Of a stretch of DNA of 64,000 nucleotides, positions 63,471 to 64,000 are shown piece after piece. Numbering within the stretch: position 1 is the stretch's first letter; every line of letters starts with the position of its first letter. The DNA comes from Torpedo marmorata (Eukaryota). The position numbers were made by a program, and so were the translations under genes. The DNA is taken from NCBI GenBank assembly GCA_977017645.1, contig OZ360231.1, positions 47,554,001 to 47,618,000 of the forward strand, in the 5' to 3' direction. The notes below the pieces were generated by a model, which worked only from the letters and a program-made list of their open reading frames with translations, had not been told where the DNA came from and searched no databases.

Positions 63471-64000
63471 AAACTAAAGATCAGGTTTCAAAGGTGTGCT
63501 GTGAAAAAAAGGGATATGAAGTGGTGGCTAACCTTGGTTGTCCCCATGAGATCATGACATAATGTCCGATATAGTTCATGGAACACTGCTTGCGATATTA
63601 ATAGTCTATGCTGCCTCTCTCCATTGTTCAGGCAAACATTCACTGGAATTCTATCTGAGCCCTTTTATCTGTTAATGCCATAGATGATGACAATTACAGC
63701 ACTGGATCAGGGAAATGGCAGGCCCAGGTTAATGATTTCTTCTTCTCCAATGTTTCAATGTACATTATCCACTATTGAAAAGTATACCTCTGCTCTCATT
63801 TCATTCCCTGCAGAATGATTTTACATTGTGACCACGCTCACGGATTTTCTTATCACCATCTCAAGGGAACTTGGCATGAGTGGCAGCTGGCTGGCCACGA
63901 TTAAGTTAGCCCAGTCGACAAAATCAGCCAGCTTCCAACCCGTCCATGGAAGTGTAGATCATATAATCCACTGAAAACAAAACACTCCTTTCAAGGAATT

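Noticed and set aside
46104-64000. Further ROS1 kinase exons (SFG..WE..PYP, DFG, HRD motifs)
   Set aside because: None were found by eye. Candidates near 47100, 53720 and 61300 did not translate to kinase motifs.

Overview
Eukaryotic (vertebrate) genomic DNA, repeat-rich, with three N gaps. The repeat set (V-domain tRNA SINEs with CR1 tails, Rex1 LINEs, Penelope-type palindromic repeats, elasmobranch-like 5S sequence) points to a cartilaginous fish, probably a ray; this is inference. The window holds a complete four-exon VGLL3 gene on + (CDS 2547-10906, about 291 aa). Converging on it from the - strand are the last two exons of a ROS1-family receptor tyrosine kinase (45919-46103 and 27145-27364). 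This mirrors the human VGLL2-ROS1 arrangement and suggests a second ROS1 ohnologue. Its terminal exon has a TG acceptor and a 1-nt frameshift. Other notable items: a 74-bp-arm palindrome in VGLL3 intron 3 carrying a minimal hammerhead ribozyme; a 5S-rRNA-derived SINE with a Rex1-like tail; a young Gmr1-like LTR element lacking its RT core; a Gypsy/LINE chimera; Chapaev3 and hAT MITEs; and a CCAAT-containing minisatellite upstream of VGLL3. All calls come from reading the sequence and recalled family motifs. No searches were run, and repeat boundaries are approximate unless a TSD is given.
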